Counted from the first letter of the stretch, positions 8,196 to 18,852 are shown. The stretch: 64,000 nt of DNA from an uncultured Acidobacteriota bacterium (GCA_963828465.1 CAWHEU010000018.1:96001-160000); one strand, 5' to 3'. Translations and numbers: made by a program. The notes: a model not told the origin generated them from the letters alone.

Positions 8196-8633
8196 CTCCA
8201 GGGCCGCGACCTCCTTCTCGAAGTCAGCGGCACCCTGAAAATCCTTGTAGACCGAGGCGAAGCGCAAATATCCGACTTCATCGAGGGCACGAAGCCGCCG
8301 CAGAACCTCGCGGCCGATCTCCTCGGAGGTCACTTGAGACCCGGCGCCATTGAAAGATGCCTCGACTTCCTCGACCAGACGCTCGATGGTCGAGCTCGAC
8401 ACCGGTCGGTCGGCCAGGGCGGCAGAGATCCCAGCCGCGAGTTTGGCTGCGGAGAAAGGCTCCAAACGGCCGTTCCTCTTCCGGACCATCAGCTGCGGCT
8501 CGAGTCTCTCGTACGTGGTGAACCGCTGGCCACAGCCCTCACACTCGCGACGTCGCCGGATCGACTGGCCACCTTCAGCGGGACGGCTGTCGACGACACG
8601 GGTGCTGGGAGCGCCACAGACCGGGCAGAGCAT
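8184..8633 (-). CDS. nrdR: transcriptional repressor NrdR
   Basis: CPVC...VVDSR...IRRRREC..C..RFTTYE, ATP cone, YLRFASVY. Confidence 0.96.
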   Translation of the reverse strand: MLCPVCGAPSTRVVDSRPAEGGQSIRRRRECEGCGQRFTTYERLEPQLMVRKRNGRLEPFSAAKLAAGISAALADRPVSSSTIERLVEEVEASFNGAGSQVTSEEIGREVLRRLRALDEVGYLRFASVYKDFQGAADFEKEVAALESAE

Positions 8634-8666
8634 GTACGCAGGGTAAACACCGGAGGCGAGTAGCGC

Positions 8667-8948
8667 TCAGGTGGTCGGGATCAACAACACCTGTCCCGGA
8701 AAGATCGAGCCGGCGTCTACATCGCTCAGCCGGGCGATATCGGCGACGAGGCGTCGCACATCCTGATCGGGCCCTGCGTTGGCAGTGGCAATGCCCCAGA
8801 GGGTGTCACCGGATTCGACCACGTATTCGACCGGCGCCGTCGCAGGTCCATCGGCCTGCGCAGAACCACCGATCATGAGGAAGACCACGCAGAGGGCTGC
8901 GAGAAGCAATGACAGCCGGACGGACAGCTGCAGGTTTGCCTTCTGCAT
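8667..8948 (-). CDS. LysM-domain membrane protein (ChiZ/YneA-like SOS division inhibitor)
   Basis: TM segment plus LysM (YVVESGDTLWGIA...IFPGQVLLIP), divergent from lexA and upstream of nrdR. Confidence 0.85.
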   Translation of the reverse strand: MQKANLQLSVRLSLLLAALCVVFLMIGGSAQADGPATAPVEYVVESGDTLWGIATANAGPDQDVRRLVADIARLSDVDAGSIFPGQVLLIPTT

Positions 8949-9002
8949 TTTGGTCTTCCTCCTGATCGGGCCCTTGCGGGTTACTGGACGCAGTCCGTCA
9001 AC

Positions 9003-9086
9003 CGAACGTGCGTTCGCCACTCTATCGAACAGACGTTCGGTGTCAAGTGCCAATCGAACAGATGTTTGGAAGCGAACTCCTGTTCG
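9003..9086. promoter_or_regulatory. four LexA (SOS) boxes
   Basis: CGAAC-N4-GTTYG with GAAC at 9004, 9027, 9056 and 9074, between the LysM gene and lexA. Confidence 0.9.
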
Positions 9087-9137
9087 ATTAGATTGATGCC
9101 CATCGGAGTCGGTCGAGAGCTCCCGGAAGGAGTCACG

Positions 9138-9758
9138 GTGCTCACGGAACGCCAGCAGCAGGTCCTCGAATACATACGCCAGACGGTGGCTGCCCGGGGC
9201 TATCCCCCGTCGGTGCGCGAGATTGGTGAGGCCATAGGTCTCTCCTCTCCATCGACGGTGCATTCGCACCTCTCGGCCTTGGTGACCGCCGGGGCGATCA
9301 AGCGAGACCCCACCAAGCCGAGGGCGATCATGATCGTGGATGAAGCGGCCGTGATGACCCCTCCGCGTGACGATCGGGTCCGCGATGTGCCGGTGCTGGG
9401 CCGCATCGCTGCCGGCACACCGATCCTGGCCGCCGAACACGTCGAAGAGGTCTTGCCATTGCCCGTCGACCTGGTCGGCAACGATCCGGTGTTCCTGCTC
9501 GAGATCAAGGGGGATTCGATGATCAACGCCGGCATCCTCGAAGGAGACCTGGTGGCGATACGCAGCCAGAAGGACGCCCGCGATGGCGAGATCGTCGCCG
9601 CGCTCATCGATGGCGAGGAAGCAACGGTCAAGAGGCTGCGCCGTCGCGACGGAAAGGTGATTCTCGAGCCTGAGAACCCCGCCTACGAGCCGATGGTCTA
9701 CACAGACGGCGTCGAGTTGGTGGGGAAGGTTGTCGGCGTCGTTCGCCGCTACCCCTAG
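9138..9758 (+). CDS. lexA: SOS repressor LexA
   Basis: LTERQQQVL...GYPPSVREI, cleavage site IAAG, GDSM, EATVK; AAGGAG RBS before GTG. Confidence 0.97.
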   Translation: MLTERQQQVLEYIRQTVAARGYPPSVREIGEAIGLSSPSTVHSHLSALVTAGAIKRDPTKPRAIMIVDEAAVMTPPRDDRVRDVPVLGRIAAGTPILAAEHVEEVLPLPVDLVGNDPVFLLEIKGDSMINAGILEGDLVAIRSQKDARDGEIVAALIDGEEATVKRLRRRDGKVILEPENPAYEPMVYTDGVELVGKVVGVVRRYP

Positions 9759-10498
9759 TCGAACGCTCCGGTGAAGACGTACTCTGCCGGGCCGGTCAAC
9801 CAGGCGTTCTTGTCCGTGATCTCGACCTGACCCTCTCCCCCACGGACCTCGACCGTGATCGTGCCGTCCGCTCCATCGAGGGCGACGGCTGCGGCCGCCA
9901 CCATGCCAGTGCCACAGGCGAGCGTCTCTCCCACTCCCCTCTCCCAGACCCTCATCTTCACCCGGTCTCCTGTCACCGAGATCACCTCGACGTTGCAACC
10001 GGTGTCAAAGCCTGCCTCGCGCGCCACCAAAGGCCCGATTTGGGCCATGTCGATCGCATCAGGGTCCTCGACCACACGCACCGCATGAGGATTCCCGGTG
10101 TCGACCAATCGGTAGACATGACCGTCGATGGTCTCCTGACCTTCGATGAGGGTGAGTCCGATCTCGCCATCGACCAGGTCTGCACCCACCCGTACCTCTC
10201 GGATGCCGATCGGTGTGTCGACTGCGAAATCGGGGCCATCGACCCAACCCTTGTCGTAGGCGTAACGGGCTACACAACGCAACCCGTTTCCGCACATCTC
10301 TGCGGGGCTGCCGTCGGCGTTCCAGTAATCCATCACGATGGGAGACCCCGGAGACACGACCAAGACGCCATCGGCGCCGACACCGAAGCGTCGGTCGCAG
10401 AGCCGGAGCACATCTTCGACTGCTGGTTTGGCCGGCCCTTCGAGCACGATGAAGTCGTTGCCGAGAGCCTGCATCTTGGTGAACTCGAACCGGCTCAA
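9755..10498 (-). CDS. dapF: diaminopimelate epimerase
   Basis: GNDF, NADGS.AEMCGNG, GNPH, ERGVGETLACGTG. Confidence 0.96.
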   Translation of the reverse strand: MSRFEFTKMQALGNDFIVLEGPAKPAVEDVLRLCDRRFGVGADGVLVVSPGSPIVMDYWNADGSPAEMCGNGLRCVARYAYDKGWVDGPDFAVDTPIGIREVRVGADLVDGEIGLTLIEGQETIDGHVYRLVDTGNPHAVRVVEDPDAIDMAQIGPLVAREAGFDTGCNVEVISVTGDRVKMRVWERGVGETLACGTGMVAAAAVALDGADGTITVEVRGGEGQVEITDKNAWLTGPAEYVFTGAFD

Positions 10499-11391
10499 TC
10501 GAAAGCCTCCAAAATCCGCCGCACCCGCTGGTCAGGATCGTCGATCCAGGGTATCCAGCGTATCCGTGGATCACGCTGAAACCACGTGCGCTGCTTTCGC
10601 GCCAGCTTCTTCGTGTTCGAGGCGGCTCTCCCGAAGGCCTCATCGAAGCTCGCCGTACCGGAGAGCGACTCGAGGATCTCCTTGTAGCCGACCGCGTTCC
10701 GGGCGTTGCGGCCCATCACCGGCGATAGCGACCGCACCTCGTCGATCAGGCCTGAGGCCCGCATGCGGGCGAGACGCGTGTCGACGCGTTCTTCCAGCGC
10801 GCTTCCCGGGTCGACGCCGACGGCTGTGAACTCGATCTCGGGCACATACCTGCGTACGTCTTCGGCCACAGCCGTGCCCGCCCTGCTGCTGGGCGTCTCA
10901 CCGGTCAGTCGGTAGATCTCGACCGCTCTGACCACGCGTCGCTGGTTGGCGAGATCGACGATCGTCCTGGCCGACGGATCGAAATGCAGCAACTCTTCGA
11001 CCAGGGCCTCACTCTCGGTCGCCTCCAACTCGGAACGGAGCTCGGGATCGGTGGGAGCGAAGCTGAGGGGATCGACTAGAGCCCTGAAATGGAGACCAGA
11101 TCCGCCGGTGACGATCACGACCGGCGCCCTGGATTCAGCCAGCAATTCCCGGCCCAGTCGACGAAATCGAGCAACAGAGAACTCCTCGCCAGGGTCGGCG
11201 ACGTCGATGAGATGATGTGGGATGCCCCGGCGCTCCAGCATCGTCGGTTTGGCGGTCCCGATGTCCATGCCCCGGTAGACCTGCATCGAGTCGACGGAGA
11301 AGATCTCTGCCTGGAAATGCTCCGCCAGGCGTACGGATGTCTCGGTCTTGCCTGCTGCGGTTGGCCCCAGCAAGGCCAGGAGCCGGGTCAG
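10495..11391 (-). CDS. miaA: tRNA dimethylallyltransferase
   Basis: GPTAAGKT, DSMQVYRGMDIGTAKP, KQRTWF; start uncertain (CTG 11391 or TTG 11373). Confidence 0.95.
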   Translation of the reverse strand: MTRLLALLGPTAAGKTETSVRLAEHFQAEIFSVDSMQVYRGMDIGTAKPTMLERRGIPHHLIDVADPGEEFSVARFRRLGRELLAESRAPVVIVTGGSGLHFRALVDPLSFAPTDPELRSELEATESEALVEELLHFDPSARTIVDLANQRRVVRAVEIYRLTGETPSSRAGTAVAEDVRRYVPEIEFTAVGVDPGSALEERVDTRLARMRASGLIDEVRSLSPVMGRNARNAVGYKEILESLSGTASFDEAFGRAASNTKKLARKQRTWFQRDPRIRWIPWIDDPDQRVRRILEAFD

Positions 11392-12776
11392 ACAGGACTC
11401 CCCACGAGGTGATGCGGGTGGGCTCTCCCGACCTCGACGGTGAGGAAGGAGCCAGCACGATGGGTACCCTCCACATGCACCACTTTGCCGGTCCGGGTGC
11501 GTGTGGTCGCCACTTGTGGGTCTTTGCGCGAAGGGCCCTCACTGAGCACCTCGACCGTCCTGCCCACCAATTCGGCGTTCCTCTCACCCGAGATTCGATT
11601 CTGCATCTCGCTGAGACGGGCGAATCTCTCCTTGATCGTTTCCTCGGGCACGAACTGCTCGGTGAGGTTTGCGGCGGCAGTCCCGGGTCGCGGGGAGAAG
11701 ATGAACATGAAGGCGCTGTCGAACCTGGCCTCCTCGACCATCTCGAGGGTGATGGCGAAGTCGTCGTCCGTCTCCCCCGGGAAGCCGACGATGATGTCTG
11801 TGGACACGGCTAGACCGGGGATGATCTCTCGGGCCATGACCAGCCGCTCGGTGTATTTCTTGCGGTTGTAGCCACGATGCATGGCCCGCAGGATCCGATC
11901 CGAGCCGGATTGGAGCGGGAAGTGGAGGTGCTCGCAGACCTCGTCCGTCTCGGCCATCGCGTGGGCGACGTCCTCACGGAAATCGTTCGGGTGCGGGCTG
12001 GTGAACCGGACACGGCGGATGCCGTCGACCTCACCCACCCGGCGCAACAACTCGGCGAAGATAGGACGACGTTTCCCGTTCAGAGCCAGATCCCGACCGT
12101 AGGTGTCGACGTTCTGCCCGAGGAGGGTGACTTCGACCACACCATCGGCGGCGAGACGCTCCACCTCTCTCACGATGTCGCCGGGTCGACGGGACACCTC
12201 GACGCCACGCACCGAGGGCACGATGCAGAAGGTGCAGGTGTTGTTGCACCCCACCTGGATCGTCACCCAAGCGGAGTGCTCCAGCTCTCTTTTCACGGGA
12301 AGGGAGGAGGGCATGGCCTGGAGCTCGTCCACCACCTCGGTGATCGGGCCCCAGTTCTCGGCATGATCCATGAGGTCGAGGACCCGGTCGAGGTTGTGCG
12401 TCCCCATCACCACGTCGACCCACGGTGCCCGCTCTCGCACGAGGTCGCGGTCCTTCTGGGCGGCACAACCGCCCACGACGAGCATCATTTCCGGGTTGAG
12501 GTCCTTGACCGCCTTCAGCTGGCCCAGGTTGCCGTACATCCGATTGTCCGCGTTCTCCCTGATCGTGCAGGTGTTGATGTAGACCACGTCAGCCGACTCG
12601 AATCCTCCAGCCGGGGACATCCCGTCCATCTCGAAGAGCCCGGCGATCCGCTCGGAATCGTGCTCGTTCATCTGACAGCCAAAGGTGCGGATGAAGTAAC
12701 GCCGGCCGATGCGGGTGGGAATACGGCGGGCCGGTTCGCGCAGGGTCGGATTCGGGAGAAGGACGGTCTGGGTCAT
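11388..12776 (-). CDS. miaB: tRNA-2-methylthio-N6-dimethylallyladenosine synthase
   Basis: TFGCQMNEHDSE, radical SAM GCNNTCTFCIVP, C-terminal TRAM domain. Confidence 0.96.
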   Translation of the reverse strand: MTQTVLLPNPTLREPARRIPTRIGRRYFIRTFGCQMNEHDSERIAGLFEMDGMSPAGGFESADVVYINTCTIRENADNRMYGNLGQLKAVKDLNPEMMLVVGGCAAQKDRDLVRERAPWVDVVMGTHNLDRVLDLMDHAENWGPITEVVDELQAMPSSLPVKRELEHSAWVTIQVGCNNTCTFCIVPSVRGVEVSRRPGDIVREVERLAADGVVEVTLLGQNVDTYGRDLALNGKRRPIFAELLRRVGEVDGIRRVRFTSPHPNDFREDVAHAMAETDEVCEHLHFPLQSGSDRILRAMHRGYNRKKYTERLVMAREIIPGLAVSTDIIVGFPGETDDDFAITLEMVEEARFDSAFMFIFSPRPGTAAANLTEQFVPEETIKERFARLSEMQNRISGERNAELVGRTVEVLSEGPSRKDPQVATTRTRTGKVVHVEGTHRAGSFLTVEVGRAHPHHLVGSPV

Positions 12777-12786
12777 GTTGCCGGCC

Positions 12787-14328
12787 TCAGCGGGCGTAGT
12801 CAGTTGCCCGAAACTCCCGGATCACGGTCACCTGGATCTGACCCGGGTACTGGAGGTCTTCTTCGAGTTTACGGGCGATCCGGCGGGAAAGCTCCCGGGC
12901 CTCCACATCTGAGACATTGCCCGGGTCGACGACGACCCTGACCTCCCGGCCTGCCTGGAGGGCGAAGACATGATCGACACCGGGGAATTCCATGGCGAGC
13001 GTCTCGAGACGCTCGAGACGCTTCACGTAGCCCTCGAGTGTCTCCCTGCGGGCTCCGGGACGGGCCGCGGAAACGGCGTCTGCGGCCTGGACGATGACCG
13101 CCAGAACCGTCCGAGGCTCTACCTCGTTGTGGTGTGCCTCTATGCCATGGACCACAGCAGGGTCCTCGTCGAAGCGACGTGCGATTTCGGCACCGATCAG
13201 GGCATGGGAGCCTTCGACCTCATGGGTTACGGCTTTGCCGAGGTCGTGAAGCAGGGCAGCTCGCTTCACCGGAGTCGGGTCGATTCCCAACTCGGAGGCC
13301 AGCATGGAGGCGATGTGCGCCGTCTCGACGAGATGGTTGAGGACATTCTGGCCGTAAGAGGTCCGGTACTTGAGGCGGCCCATGAGCGTCACGATCTCCG
13401 AGTGCATGCGGGACACACCGGCCTCGACGAGGGCCCACTCACCGGCATCCCGGATGCTCTGCTCCACCTCGGCCTGCGCCTTCTCGTATGCCTCTTCGAT
13501 GGAGGCAGGGTGTATGCGGCCGTCGGCCACCAGCTTCTCCAGGGTGATACGGGCCACCTCGCGCCGGACCGGGTCGAACGAGGACACCGAAACCGCCTCC
13601 GGGGTGTCGTCGACAATGAGGCTGGTCCCGGTCACCGATTCGAGATGTCGGATGTTGCGCCCCTCACGGCCGATGATCCGACCCTTCATGTCGTCGGAGG
13701 GGAGCTGCACCACCGAGACCGTGGTCTCGGTGACCACCTCTGAGGACAGACGCTGGATCGCGGTCGCCAGGATTCGCCGGGCCCGGCGATCGGCCTCCTC
13801 GCGTGCCTTTATCTCGAGGTCGCGAACCACGATCATGGCCTCGCGACGGGCCTCATCCTCGACCTGCGCCAGCATCTCGGTCTTGGCGGCGGTCACGTCG
13901 ATGCCGGCCACCTGCTCGAGACGGAAGCGCGCCTCCTCCTTGAGGCGCTCCAACTCGCCACGGGAGCCATTCAGCTCCTCTTCCCGGTCGATGATCATCT
14001 TCTCCCGCTGGGCGAGATTGGAGGCGCGTTGATCGAGAGTCTCTTCGCGTTGCCCCAGTCTGGATTCGAGATTCGACATCTCGAGACGGCGGTGCTCCAG
14101 ATTGACGTCCTCGCGCTCTCGATAGGCCTCGGCTTTGGCCCGGCCCTCTTCCTCCGCCTTGGACAGAATGCGTTGGGCGTCGAGCCGGGCGCTGGTGACC
14201 ATGTCCTCGGCAGAGACCCCGTCACGCTCCTTGCGACGAGCAATGGCGAGACGGGCAAGGAGATAGCCGAAGCCCAGACCGAGGACGACCCCAAAGATCG
14301 TCAACCCGATGACGGGGATGGTTTCCAT
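12787..14328 (-). CDS. rny: ribonuclease Y
   Basis: N-terminal TM, coiled coil, KH domain (MKGRIIGREGRNI), HD domain (LLHDLGK), AARPGARRE. Confidence 0.96.
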   Translation of the reverse strand: METIPVIGLTIFGVVLGLGFGYLLARLAIARRKERDGVSAEDMVTSARLDAQRILSKAEEEGRAKAEAYREREDVNLEHRRLEMSNLESRLGQREETLDQRASNLAQREKMIIDREEELNGSRGELERLKEEARFRLEQVAGIDVTAAKTEMLAQVEDEARREAMIVVRDLEIKAREEADRRARRILATAIQRLSSEVVTETTVSVVQLPSDDMKGRIIGREGRNIRHLESVTGTSLIVDDTPEAVSVSSFDPVRREVARITLEKLVADGRIHPASIEEAYEKAQAEVEQSIRDAGEWALVEAGVSRMHSEIVTLMGRLKYRTSYGQNVLNHLVETAHIASMLASELGIDPTPVKRAALLHDLGKAVTHEVEGSHALIGAEIARRFDEDPAVVHGIEAHHNEVEPRTVLAVIVQAADAVSAARPGARRETLEGYVKRLERLETLAMEFPGVDHVFALQAGREVRVVVDPGNVSDVEARELSRRIARKLEEDLQYPGQIQVTVIREFRATDYAR

Positions 14329-14559
14329 GGTCGGTCCCCTTTCCCGGTCTGGAGAATGAACGTGCCGAGCCCTCTGCCTGATATCTGGCCCGATATCAGG
14401 TCGGTGGCCCGGCACACGAAGAGAAGCTGACTAACGAGGCGGGTCGTTCACCCGTCGGTTCGCTGGCTCCTTCTGTTCACGTCTTCTTCCCGGTTGCAGT
14501 TCAAAGGTGTGTTCGTGTGAGGTTCCGATGGTACACGCGGATCGCGAAATGGAATACCA

Positions 14560-15657
14560 CTACTCCGTGGCCCCGCTGCCCTCCTCCCCACCGGCCACGA
14601 CCTCCTCGCCGACGGCCGGGTCGGCTTCATCTCCTGGGGCCGACTCCCCGAGGCCGACCAGCTCGTACACCTTGGCCTGGAGCTGCATCGCCACCTCGGG
14701 ATTCTCCCGCAGGAAGCGCTTGGCGTTCTCCCGGCCCTGGCCCAGCTGATCGTCGTCGAAGGTGAACCAGGCTCCGCTCTTGCGGACCACGCCGTGCTCG
14801 ACAGCGACATCGAGCAGACTGCCCTCCCGGGAGATCCCCTCGCCGAACATGATGTCGAACTCGGCGAGCCGGAAGGGTGGGGCCATCTTGTTCTTGGCCA
14901 CCTTGACCTTCACCCGGTTGCCGACGCTCTCGGTCCCGTCCTTGATGGTCTCGATGCGTCGGATGTCGAGACGGACCGTGGCATAGAACTTGAGCGCCCG
15001 CCCCCCGGGGGTGACCTCGGGGCTGCCGTACATCACTCCGATTTTCTCCCGAAGCTGGTTGATGAAGACGGCGGTGGTCCTCGACTTGTTCAAGTTCCCC
15101 GCCAGCTTGCGGAGGGCCTGAGACATGAGCCTCGCCTGGAGCCCGACATGGGAATCACCCATCTCCCCTTCGATCTCGGCGCGGGGAACCAGAGCTGCCA
15201 CCGAGTCGATGACGAGGACGTCGAGTGCCCCGGACCGAATCAGCATGTCGGCGATCTCGAGCGCCTGCTCCCCGGTATCGGGTTGGGAGATGAGCAACTC
15301 GTCGACGTCGACCCCGATCGCCTTGGCGTAGACCGGGTCGAGGGCGTGCTCGGCGTCGATGAAGGCGGCGATCCCGCCGTTGCGCTGGGCCTCGGCCACG
15401 ATGTGGAGGGCGAGGCTGGTCTTGCCCGAGCTCTCCGGCCCGTAGAGCTCGACGATCCGCCCGCGGGGGACACCACCGATGCCCAGGGCGAGGTCGAGGG
15501 AGAGGGCGCCGGTGGAGATCACGTCCACCTTGCGGTTGGCCGCCTCCCCCATCTTCATGATCGCCCCTTTGCCGAACTGACGCTCGATCTGGCTGACCGC
15601 CATGTCCAGTGCTTTGTCTCGTTCCATCTTCGGCTCCTTCTTCGATTCCCCTGGCAC
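14560..15657 (-). CDS. recA: recombinase A
   Basis: [34 protein letters not shown]. Confidence 0.98.
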   Translation of the reverse strand: MPGESKKEPKMERDKALDMAVSQIERQFGKGAIMKMGEAANRKVDVISTGALSLDLALGIGGVPRGRIVELYGPESSGKTSLALHIVAEAQRNGGIAAFIDAEHALDPVYAKAIGVDVDELLISQPDTGEQALEIADMLIRSGALDVLVIDSVAALVPRAEIEGEMGDSHVGLQARLMSQALRKLAGNLNKSRTTAVFINQLREKIGVMYGSPEVTPGGRALKFYATVRLDIRRIETIKDGTESVGNRVKVKVAKNKMAPPFRLAEFDIMFGEGISREGSLLDVAVEHGVVRKSGAWFTFDDDQLGQGRENAKRFLRENPEVAMQLQAKVYELVGLGESAPGDEADPAVGEEVVAGGEEGSGATE

Positions 15658-15739
15658 GAGTACCTCCGACGATCTGCTATCTCAGCCAAGGTATCTGCCC
15701 GGTGGGACAGATCTTGTCCTGAGTCCTCCGATATTAGAC

Positions 15740-15753
15740 CGAACAGGTGTTCG
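15740..15753. promoter_or_regulatory. LexA box upstream of recA
   Basis: CGAAC-AGGT-GTTCG. Confidence 0.9.
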
Positions 15754-15762
15754 TCAGTGGAT

Positions 15763-16317
15763 TTACCGGGTGAGAGGGAAGGTTTCAAGAGGCTCGTATC
15801 TGGCCCCACCCCGCCCGAGATGCGAGCGATAGACCACCACCGACCCGCATCGCCAACCGAGATCGGCACCGGGGAAGGAATCGAGGAGACCGCTCGCGTC
15901 CTCGGCCGGCCGCACCCGACTCAGGGTGAGGTGGGCCCGGAATGGTCGATCCTCCGCACCGAAGCCCGCGCTCTGTGCCGCCTCCTCGGCCGCGGCCGCC
16001 AGGTCCTCGAGCCGGGTCAGGCCTTTGGAGACCGCCAGCCAGATCACGGTGGCGCTCTTCGGCCGGGGGAAGGCTCCCATCCCGCCGAGCATCACATTGA
16101 ATGGGGGGCCTAGGTCCGCCCCGTCGAGCGCGGCCAGCATCCGGTCGTAGGCGACATCATCGGTCCACCCGAGGAAACGGAGCGTGATGTGCCAATGTTC
16201 AGGGGGCACCACTTTCCCGGGCATCTCGAGCGGTTCGAGCCGATCCGCCAGGGCCATCCGGACTTCGTCGGGCAGCGGCACCGCAACGAAGATGCGGGTG
16301 GCTACTCCTTCCACCAT
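15763..16317 (-). CDS. thpR: RNA 2',3'-cyclic phosphodiesterase (2H family)
   Basis: RIFVAV and two HxT motifs (WHITLRFLG, AHLTLSR); located between cinA and recA. Confidence 0.92.
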   Translation of the reverse strand: MVEGVATRIFVAVPLPDEVRMALADRLEPLEMPGKVVPPEHWHITLRFLGWTDDVAYDRMLAALDGADLGPPFNVMLGGMGAFPRPKSATVIWLAVSKGLTRLEDLAAAAEEAAQSAGFGAEDRPFRAHLTLSRVRPAEDASGLLDSFPGADLGWRCGSVVVYRSHLGRGGARYEPLETFPLTR

Positions 16318-17537
16318 TTGCCGATGAGGGCCAGCCGGGCGAGATGGAGTGCCGCAGCTGTGCCGTAGGTCCGCAGCCGCTCCCGGTCGCCACTGAATCT
16401 CAATTCCCGCACCCGGGTGTCGGCAGGGGTGGCGATACCGACGATCACGGTACCCACCGGCTTCTCAAGAGGCTCGGGACCGGCCGACCCGGTCACTGCG
16501 ATCGCGACGTCGACATCGAGCAACGCCCTCGCCCCTTGCGCCATGGCGAGAGCCGCGTCGCTGGTCACGACCTCGGTGACATCCGCCAATCCGAGCAGCC
16601 TCTGCTTCAACTCGGAGTCGTACGCGACGAGCCCTCCCTTGACCACGGCGGACGAGCCGGGGAGCTCGGTCAGTCGGGCGCTGACCATGCCGCCGGTCAT
16701 CGATTCTGCGGTCCCGATCGTGTATCCACGGTCCGAGAGCAGCCTCAGGAGAACCCGCTCGATGGTCTCGTCATCCAATCCGAAGACGGTCTCCCCCAGA
16801 CGGGAAACCACCTCGGCCTCCATCGGCTCGATGAGAAGCTGGGCCTCGGCCGCCGTGGCCGCCTTGGCCGTGACCCGAACCTTGATCTCCGAATTCGAGG
16901 CGAGGAAAGCCAGCGATGGGTTCACCGACGAGCTGTAGAGGTCGTCGAGGATCTCGGCAACCTCCGACTCGGGGCGACCCCAGGTGCGAATGACGCGACT
17001 CGCGATCACCTGCTGGTGTCCCGAGGCTGCCACCAGCCTCGGGACCACTTCGGTGAGCATCAAATGCTCCATTTCGGCGGGCACCCCGGGAACGCAAAAG
17101 ATCAGCTTGCCCTCGTGCTCGAGCATGAGACCGGGCGCCGTCCCGCGTGGATTGGGGATCATCTCCGCGCCTTCCGGGTAGTACGCCTGACGCAGGTTGC
17201 TCTGGGGCATCTCCCGTCCCCTTCTCGACCACCATTCCTTCAGCTGATCGGCGTAGTCCTCACTGAAGACAAGCTCCCGCCCGGTGACTTCGCAGACCGC
17301 CTCCCGGGTGATGTCGTCCTGAGTAGGCCCGATGCCACCCGTCATCACAACGGCATCCGACCTGTCGAGTGCGACCCTGATCGCCGAGGCGATGCGTGAC
17401 AGGTTGTCGCCGACCGTTTGCTGGTAATGGGCGTCGATGCCCTGCTCGGCGAGGGCGGCTCCCATAGTCGAGGTGTTGGAGTTGACGATCTGTCCGAGGA
17501 GGAGCTCGGTCCCCACTGCGATGACTTCGACGATCAT
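16302..17537 (-). CDS. cinA: competence/damage-inducible protein A (CinA, NMN deamidase fusion)
   Basis: EVIAVGTELLLGQIVNSN, GGIGPTQDDIT, PGVPAEM, AESMTGG; ATG overlaps the rimO stop. Confidence 0.93.
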   Translation of the reverse strand: MIVEVIAVGTELLLGQIVNSNTSTMGAALAEQGIDAHYQQTVGDNLSRIASAIRVALDRSDAVVMTGGIGPTQDDITREAVCEVTGRELVFSEDYADQLKEWWSRRGREMPQSNLRQAYYPEGAEMIPNPRGTAPGLMLEHEGKLIFCVPGVPAEMEHLMLTEVVPRLVAASGHQQVIASRVIRTWGRPESEVAEILDDLYSSSVNPSLAFLASNSEIKVRVTAKAATAAEAQLLIEPMEAEVVSRLGETVFGLDDETIERVLLRLLSDRGYTIGTAESMTGGMVSARLTELPGSSAVVKGGLVAYDSELKQRLLGLADVTEVVTSDAALAMAQGARALLDVDVAIAVTGSAGPEPLEKPVGTVIVGIATPADTRVRELRFSGDRERLRTYGTAAALHLARLALIGKWWKE

Positions 17538-18852
17538 CGACCGGGCACCAATACCGCCTCCATGTCGGGGCCGAAGACCCCCGTGTACTCGACGGTGACC
17601 CATTCCCCAACCCGACCGCCGTCGAGTCGGACGACCCCGTCGATCTCGGGAGCATGGCGGTGGGAGCGACCGATCGGGACCTCGTCTTCCACCTGGTCGA
17701 CGAGAAGTCGATCGACCCGGCCCAGCCATTCGGCGTGTCGGGATTCGGTGACTTCTTCCTGGATCGAGGTCAGATGACGGAGACGCTCCATCGTGATGTC
17801 GCGCGGAACCTGATCGTCCATCGCCGCCGCCGGGGTGCCCGGTTCGGCCGAGTATGGGAAGAACCCGGCCCAGTCGAGGCCGGTCTCGACGAGGAAATCG
17901 GAGAGACTCGTCGACCTCTTGGTCGGTCTCGCCGGGGAAGCCGACGATGAAAGACGATCTCAGGGCGGCATCCGGTTGGAGCTCACGGATCCGCCCCACG
18001 AGGGCGACGTGCTTGTCAAAGTTCCCGGGCCGCTTCATCCGACGGAGCAGGGGGCCGGAGACGTGCTGGAGGGAGAGGTCGAAATACGGCGCCACGACGT
18101 CGTTGGAGGTCATCTCGACGAGGAGACGCTCTCGTATCTCTCGGGGATGCAAGTAGAGCAATCGGAGGCGCGCCAGACCGGGGACGTCGGAGAGAAACAC
18201 CAAGAGCTCGGGTAGCCCGCCCGGTGCATCGATGTCCCGTCCGTAGGCCGCCAGGTCCTGGGCGACCAGCACGATCTCACTCGCACCTGCGGCCGTCAGC
18301 AACTCGAGCTCCTCCCGAATCTCGACCGGGCGCCGAGAGCGTTGCTTGCCCCGGATCGAGGGGATTGCGCAGAAGGTGCAGGGCTTGTCGCAACCCTCGG
18401 CGACCTTCAGGTAGGCATAGGGCAGGTCGGAGACAGGACGGCCGGTAGCGTGGAGGATGTCCATTACCGGACGCCGCCGCAGACCGACTCGGCTCCCAGC
18501 CCGTCAGCCCGTCGATCACACCGACCAACTCCCCGTAGCGGTCGATCCCGAGCACGGCATCGACCTCTGGGAGGGCGGCCTCGACCTCGGAGCCGAATCG
18601 CTGAGCCATGCACCCGATGACCACCGACCGGGCCTCGGGCCGCTTGCGGTCTTCCATCTCGAGGATCGCCTCGACGGACTCCGCTCTGGCCTCCTCTATG
18701 AATGCGCACGTGTTGACCATGACCACGTCGGCGTCCTCCGGTGCATCCGCCCAGCCGTAACCGGCCTCGGAGAGCATGGCGATGATCTTCTCCGAGTCGA
18801 CCTGGTTCTTGGCGCACCCGAGCGTGCTCAACCAAACCGTGGGAGCGGGCAT
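17534..18852 (-). CDS. rimO: ribosomal protein S12 methylthiotransferase (two apparent frameshifts)
   Basis: TLGCAKNQVDSE, NTCAFI, AYLKVAEGCDKPCTFCAIP, APEIDG spread over three frames; single extra bases near 18488 and 17907. Confidence 0.9.

Noticed and set aside
8667-9998. 443-aa minus-strand ORF
   Set aside because: Mostly an antisense shadow of lexA; only the last 93 codons (LysM protein) look real.
16302-18464. 720-aa ORF suggesting a RimO-CinA fusion
   Set aside because: Produced by a single-base indel near 17907. The RimO C-terminus is in another frame and ends at a TGA overlapping the cinA ATG.
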